64,000 bases of DNA from Hamiltosporidium tvaerminnensis FI-OER-3-3 (lineage: Eukaryota; Fungi; Microsporidia), in the NCBI GenBank assembly GCA_022605425.2, contig CM061256.1:496001-560000 (forward strand), written 5' to 3'. Positions within the stretch are counted from its first letter, which is position 1, and each line of letters begins with the position of its first letter. Below, in pieces: positions 59,183 through 64,000 of this stretch. Position numbers and translations under genes: made by a program. Below the pieces are notes generated by a model. The model was not told where the DNA came from. It did not search any database and saw nothing but the letters and a program-made list of their open reading frames with translations.

Positions 59183-60964
59183 TTTATTGCGTGCTAATAA
59201 GATTTTTTTAAAATAAGATTAAATAAAAATTCGCAAAAAAAATTGTCTCATTCGTCAGCTAGCTTGAATTTACTGCTTTCTTTGGTTTAAAATATGCTTT
59301 ATTTTGAATTTTTTGTTTATATTTCGAAACAAAGCTTCATTTCTATTCATAGAATTCCGATGTTTTGAATGTATAAATATTACTTTTGATTACTTACTGA
59401 TGCCTTCTCATCACATTAATATACATTTAGAGGATTATTTTTTAGATGCATGAAGTATGTTTATCACTCGTTCCTGATTCCGTAATATTTTCCTCCGATT
59501 CGAAATTTTTCTTCATGTAAAATTAAAGATCTAAATAATTTTTGACTACTATTGAGTGAATAAATAATCTCATTAGCCAAATTTTAAATATATACATCAT
59601 TTATAGTTAATCTATCCTTAAATTCTTAGAAAATAAATCTTAACAAAGTGATTTAATTGTTTTTATGACAGAATACTTTAGAAAAATTAAAAATAAATAT
59701 ATTAATTTCTTTTTCATTCCATATAAATACAGTCTAGAAAAGATTTTTACAATTTTTATTTCAAAATTTTTTCAACCAATAGAATCTTTTAAATTGTTTT
59801 ATGTCCACTTCTACTCACTATTATTCGTTGTATAAGATTTATGAACAAATAGAAAGAAACATATCTTAATTGGAGCATTCATATTGGTGTATTATATTTT
59901 TTTAACCAATTAAACATTTCGAGGTAAGTCGTCGTCGTCGGGACATACTAAATTATATAAATGACTAGATAGCATTGTATTATCCTAAATATGTCACATA
60001 TATTGCTAGAAACAGAACTCAAAAAAAATTTAAAACAAATGAAACGCTAGCTAAAACGCTGTTTTTTTAAAATATAATTTAAGACAAAGCTAAATGTATC
60101 TTGCGGTGTGTAAGATTGATCATTATTGTATTACATGGTAGTAAGACACACGAACTTAGATACTTTATCGCAAGTACGTTTTGAAGAGAAAGGCTGGATG
60201 AAAAACAATGACTTTAATTTATTTGACCAAAAGTAAGATTAAATTGTTGTCAAAAATGCCTTGACTGCAAAATATAAAAAAATTAAACCAAAAAGACATA
60301 ACAGAGGCTTACAGAGTACTGTATTAAGCTAGAAAAGCAAAATTAATGTAATTTCGTATTAAATAAATTAATAAGTTGCAATTTGCAGAAAATGGTTAAT
60401 ATAAACCACAACAAATAAATAAATTTGCAATTTTTTTTATAAATTACCCAGAAATTTTTTCTTATTCATTGAATTCTCGCTTGGTTGTGTTACAATTACA
60501 TAAACCAAGCTTGATTTTACAAGCTTTAAATTACTTTCGCATGATCAAAACACAATATCTGGTTATGATATTGTTATATTATTTATTTTCTTCTATTACA
60601 TGATTTTATTTGTTTAATGTCTATTAACAATTGATATTCCATCTATTTTATAGAATGGTCTGGTTATGGCATTTCCCGGGAGAAGAGAAACGCAAATAAT
60701 AAAATATAACCAGCATAAATCTATTTTTAAAGTTTTAAATTATTCTAGCTTCTCTAACTAAATACAATTAACACCATATAACTTTAACAAAGCCTCCGAG
60801 ACTATTGGTTTAGACAAAAGGTGAGGCATTCATAGCAGAGTAATAGTAATTTAAGTACAGTTATGTTTTATTTCTTTGTATTCGCTTTTTTTACTTTTCG
60901 AAATATTTATCTTTTCTATTTTAAAATAAAATAAATGGTGTAGTATGGATAAAAAGATAAACAC

Positions 60965-61640
60965 TATGCGCTTGTCAATGAGTAGCTGAAAATTATGTAG
61001 AGATATTTGTTTTGATTTTTGATAGAATAAAGAATGCAGTGGGGTTATGCTTTTTCCCAGCGAATTTGTATATTTCTGAGAAGTTTTACAAAATAATTAA
61101 TCTTTTCTACAGTGAATTTGTAATTTTTAATGTTACTAGATCAAAAACCACGAAAATCTTTTAGTAATTGATGTTCAAAGGCATGCAAATGTAGCCACGC
61201 TTACTCGAATTAGAAGACACTGCACTAGAGTAAAAGCAAAAAGAATAACCTCTGTTAAATTCGAAAGCCAAGTATAAGGCTGAATATGTTATTATAATAT
61301 TTCCACTCTAACTGCAAACCCATGTTAGTTGCCGAGATAAATCATAGCCGGATGTATAATCAGTTCAGAAAAGGCAGAGTAAGTGAAATTCTGCCGGTCT
61401 TCTTGAATTCAAGTATAATTTTGGCCTACAATAGATACTCGAATTCAAACATTAACAACTAAAAGCAAACCCATAGCCAATTAAATGAATCTAAGGCTCT
61501 TTTAAATAAAAGGTGTGCTGATGGTAACGGGGGGGGTGTACTAATCGAGTTTCATGAGCAGCGATTATCTGTTATAAAGCCAAAACCGTCTTGCTAGATG
61601 AAATTAATATAACATATACCGCTTTTTAAAAGCGGGTGTT
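60965..61640. mobile_element. Old full-length inverted copy (D) of the ~690-bp element
   Basis: Collinear with the reverse complement of copies A and B: CTTGTCAATGAGT, TTGTTTTGATTTTTG, TTTTCTACA..ATTTGTA, GCTTACTCGAATTAGAAG, CCCATGTTAGT, GTTCAGAAA..AGAGTAAGTG, TTTTAAAA. Confidence 0.75.
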
Positions 61641-62689
61641 ATGTAATTATTAAAAACTAAATTGCTATTTTCAAAAAATTAAAAGATAGTAGAAATGAAT
61701 TTGTAGTTTTCTTTATATAAATATCTAGAATAGAAATAAATAGTCTATAAAATCCAAAATAAAGTAAATTAAATAAACAAATATAAAATATATCTAAAAG
61801 TATAAGAATCTTCCGTTGAAGATTGATTCTACTTTTATACTCTTGCACAAATATTTTTCGATAATTCGCCAATAATTGTGAATTGGACGCAACTCGATAA
61901 ATAACTACCATGTTCAAATATACTTCGAATATTATTTAAAAATCCATTCGAAATTTTGGTTATATTAGAGCTTTTTGCAAGACTTACTTGATCTTGACGA
62001 AAAAAACTCTGTTGTTGCATTGATTATTGAAAAAATTTTCGTTTTATAAACATAAGTTATATGCTCACCACACGATGATTAAATTTATCGCGTTTCTATG
62101 CAATGGTGATAAATTGATGATTCTCAATAATAATTGCACAAAACAATTTTGCTTGAATAGCTTCGTGGAACTACACACTTGATTAAATTAAAAGATTTTT
62201 TTTATAAAAATAACTAAGTATTTATACAATAACAAATTAACCAATAGCATATAGCTAAAAGAACAGTACTTTCGGACGAATTAAACCCTGTAAAAGAAAT
62301 ACTTCTTTGCTATAAAATACAGAATGGAATTAAAATAGGTGGAAGATGAAAGAACAAACATAAAATGCCGAGCTGAAATTCTGAGAAATTTGAAGTGAAT
62401 ATAAAAGAAGAAGAGAAATATGCAAGTTAAAAAAGCCTAAATTTTATTGTGAAATTGCTCAAAGTGGATAATAATTTTGAAATAAATGATTAAAATATAA
62501 GAGAAACAGACCAGTATAGCATAAGAAATTCTTATTGAAAAGCTAGGATACTACAACTCAGTTAGTGAAGTTTAAGATTATCTTCGGCATTTTTTTCTTA
62601 TGAATTTAAAGGGATGTTCGTTTATACGAGCTTAATGTCTAGTAATTCATATAAAAAATGAATGTATGTGTGGGTGTTTAAAGACTGTA

Positions 62690-63000
62690 AATAAAAGGTG
62701 TTGTTTTCCTAAAAAAGTGGTATTGTTTTCATCTGAAGGTAGATAAACTAAACGGTTAATTATAAGATTTTTATCAGAAGGTGTTAATAAGTTTGGGTTA
62801 ATTTAAATGGTGTTAATATATACCGTACTATTTTAAAGGGTGTTAATAAATTCATATTAGGCTAACAGGTTGTTAATATAGATTGTTGTCTGCTAAAGGG
62901 GGTTAATATAACAAGAAATATGGACTAGGGTGTTATTTGACAGGGTAATGTACTAAAGGGTGTTAATAATATACAAGTATTATTAAAGAGGTGATTTACT
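62690..63000. repeat. Degenerate G-rich (AGGGTGTTAAT) arm with ~30-bp motif spacing
   Basis: GGTGTTAATA-like motifs recur about every 30 bp from ~62780 to ~62995 while the spacers differ. Confidence 0.7.
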
Positions 63001-64000
63001 GTTTCCTCACATTTTAGCGGTTCCAACGGATAAGCTATTTAAAAGTATGAATTTCTTTACGACTCACCATTTGAAAGGCAATGAAACGCACAAGAGTAAA
63101 CATTGCAGTGTATAGAATAAATTTGGGGAAAACGTGCTTTTCACATGAAAACTCTATGTAGCCACTTCATTCATGGAAATCTCTTCCTATTTTTTTTCTT
63201 TAGACACAAAAAAAAAGAATATAATTGTACAAAGGCACTAGAAAAAATAATAAATACTTTTCAAATTAATCAACCAATGTATGCTTTTATTTTTGTTATA
63301 CTTGATTCTACTGTCTTTTATAATCGCAGCAAGACTTGGTGGCAAGATAGTGGTAAATAAAACCTATTATGAAACAAAATATTTTTGATAAAAAAATGTG
63401 CATTTTTTGGTGATTTATATTCTTAATAAGAATCAAATCTTTTTACTTTTATAAAAAGCCAAAGTGCAAGAAAAAAAATATTGCATAATTCTAATCTATA
63501 TTTTAATTACATACATATTTAGCAAATTTATCTAGAAAATATTTTTCTGTATTTAAGCTCAGAAAAAAGAAAGTACGAATTAACCAAATAAATTATTGAT
63601 TAACTCCTTTTAAATAAAAAATTATATTTTTGTTAAATTTTAAAATATCAATCATTTGCTTCAATGATTATATTATCAGATTAAAAATAAAACATGATTT
63701 TCGAATTATATTTGCTAAATAAAGCAATTTAGAAAAAGTAGAACCAATCGTAAGTTGTTTTGTGTATTTTATTTTTATACTTGTTTGTTATAATTTTTAA
63801 GTTCATGAGAAATAATTTTTTAAATAGTGCTGCAAGTCTCAAATTTTCAAAATACAAAATTTGCACATAATTAAAGATTTAAATGTTTTACTTACACCCA
63901 GAATATACTTAGAATCTATTCTTCATTTATAAAACTCCTAAAAAAAACTTTTCATTTTATATTTTTAAGTAATTTAATAATTTTCTAACAGGTTTATGAT

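Noticed and set aside
1-64000. tRNA, rRNA or spliceosomal introns
   Set aside because: No cloverleaf or rRNA signature recognised by eye and the called ORFs are continuous; very short introns or small RNAs cannot be excluded without tRNAscan-SE or Infernal.

Overview
Very AT-rich eukaryotic DNA, most consistent with a large-genome microsporidian (Hamiltosporidium-like; inferred from divergent, apparently intronless fungal-type genes, CCC motifs just before start codons and low gene density). Recognisable genes: Derlin (DER1), an MFSD1-like transporter, Stu2/XMAP215, an MFSD6-like transporter, Src1/Heh1/Man1, RLP24, and a small secreted protein with four Cys-Arg-Gly-Asp motifs. Mobile DNA: an intact RLE-type (R4/Dong-like) non-LTR retrotransposon with a candidate 14-bp target-site duplication, a decayed mosaic copy of it, a decayed Helitron with a canonical 3' end, and a lone hAT-like terminus. 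Two unexplained systems stand out. (1) A discrete ~690-bp non-coding element with predicted RNA structure occurs in at least four copies of different ages, one directly downstream of the intact RT ORF. (2) A polarised GGGTGTT/AACACCC repeat system brackets conserved coding blocks and invades ORFs in frame, usually as a G-rich arm followed by a C-rich arm. All alignments and identities were judged by eye; no searches were run.
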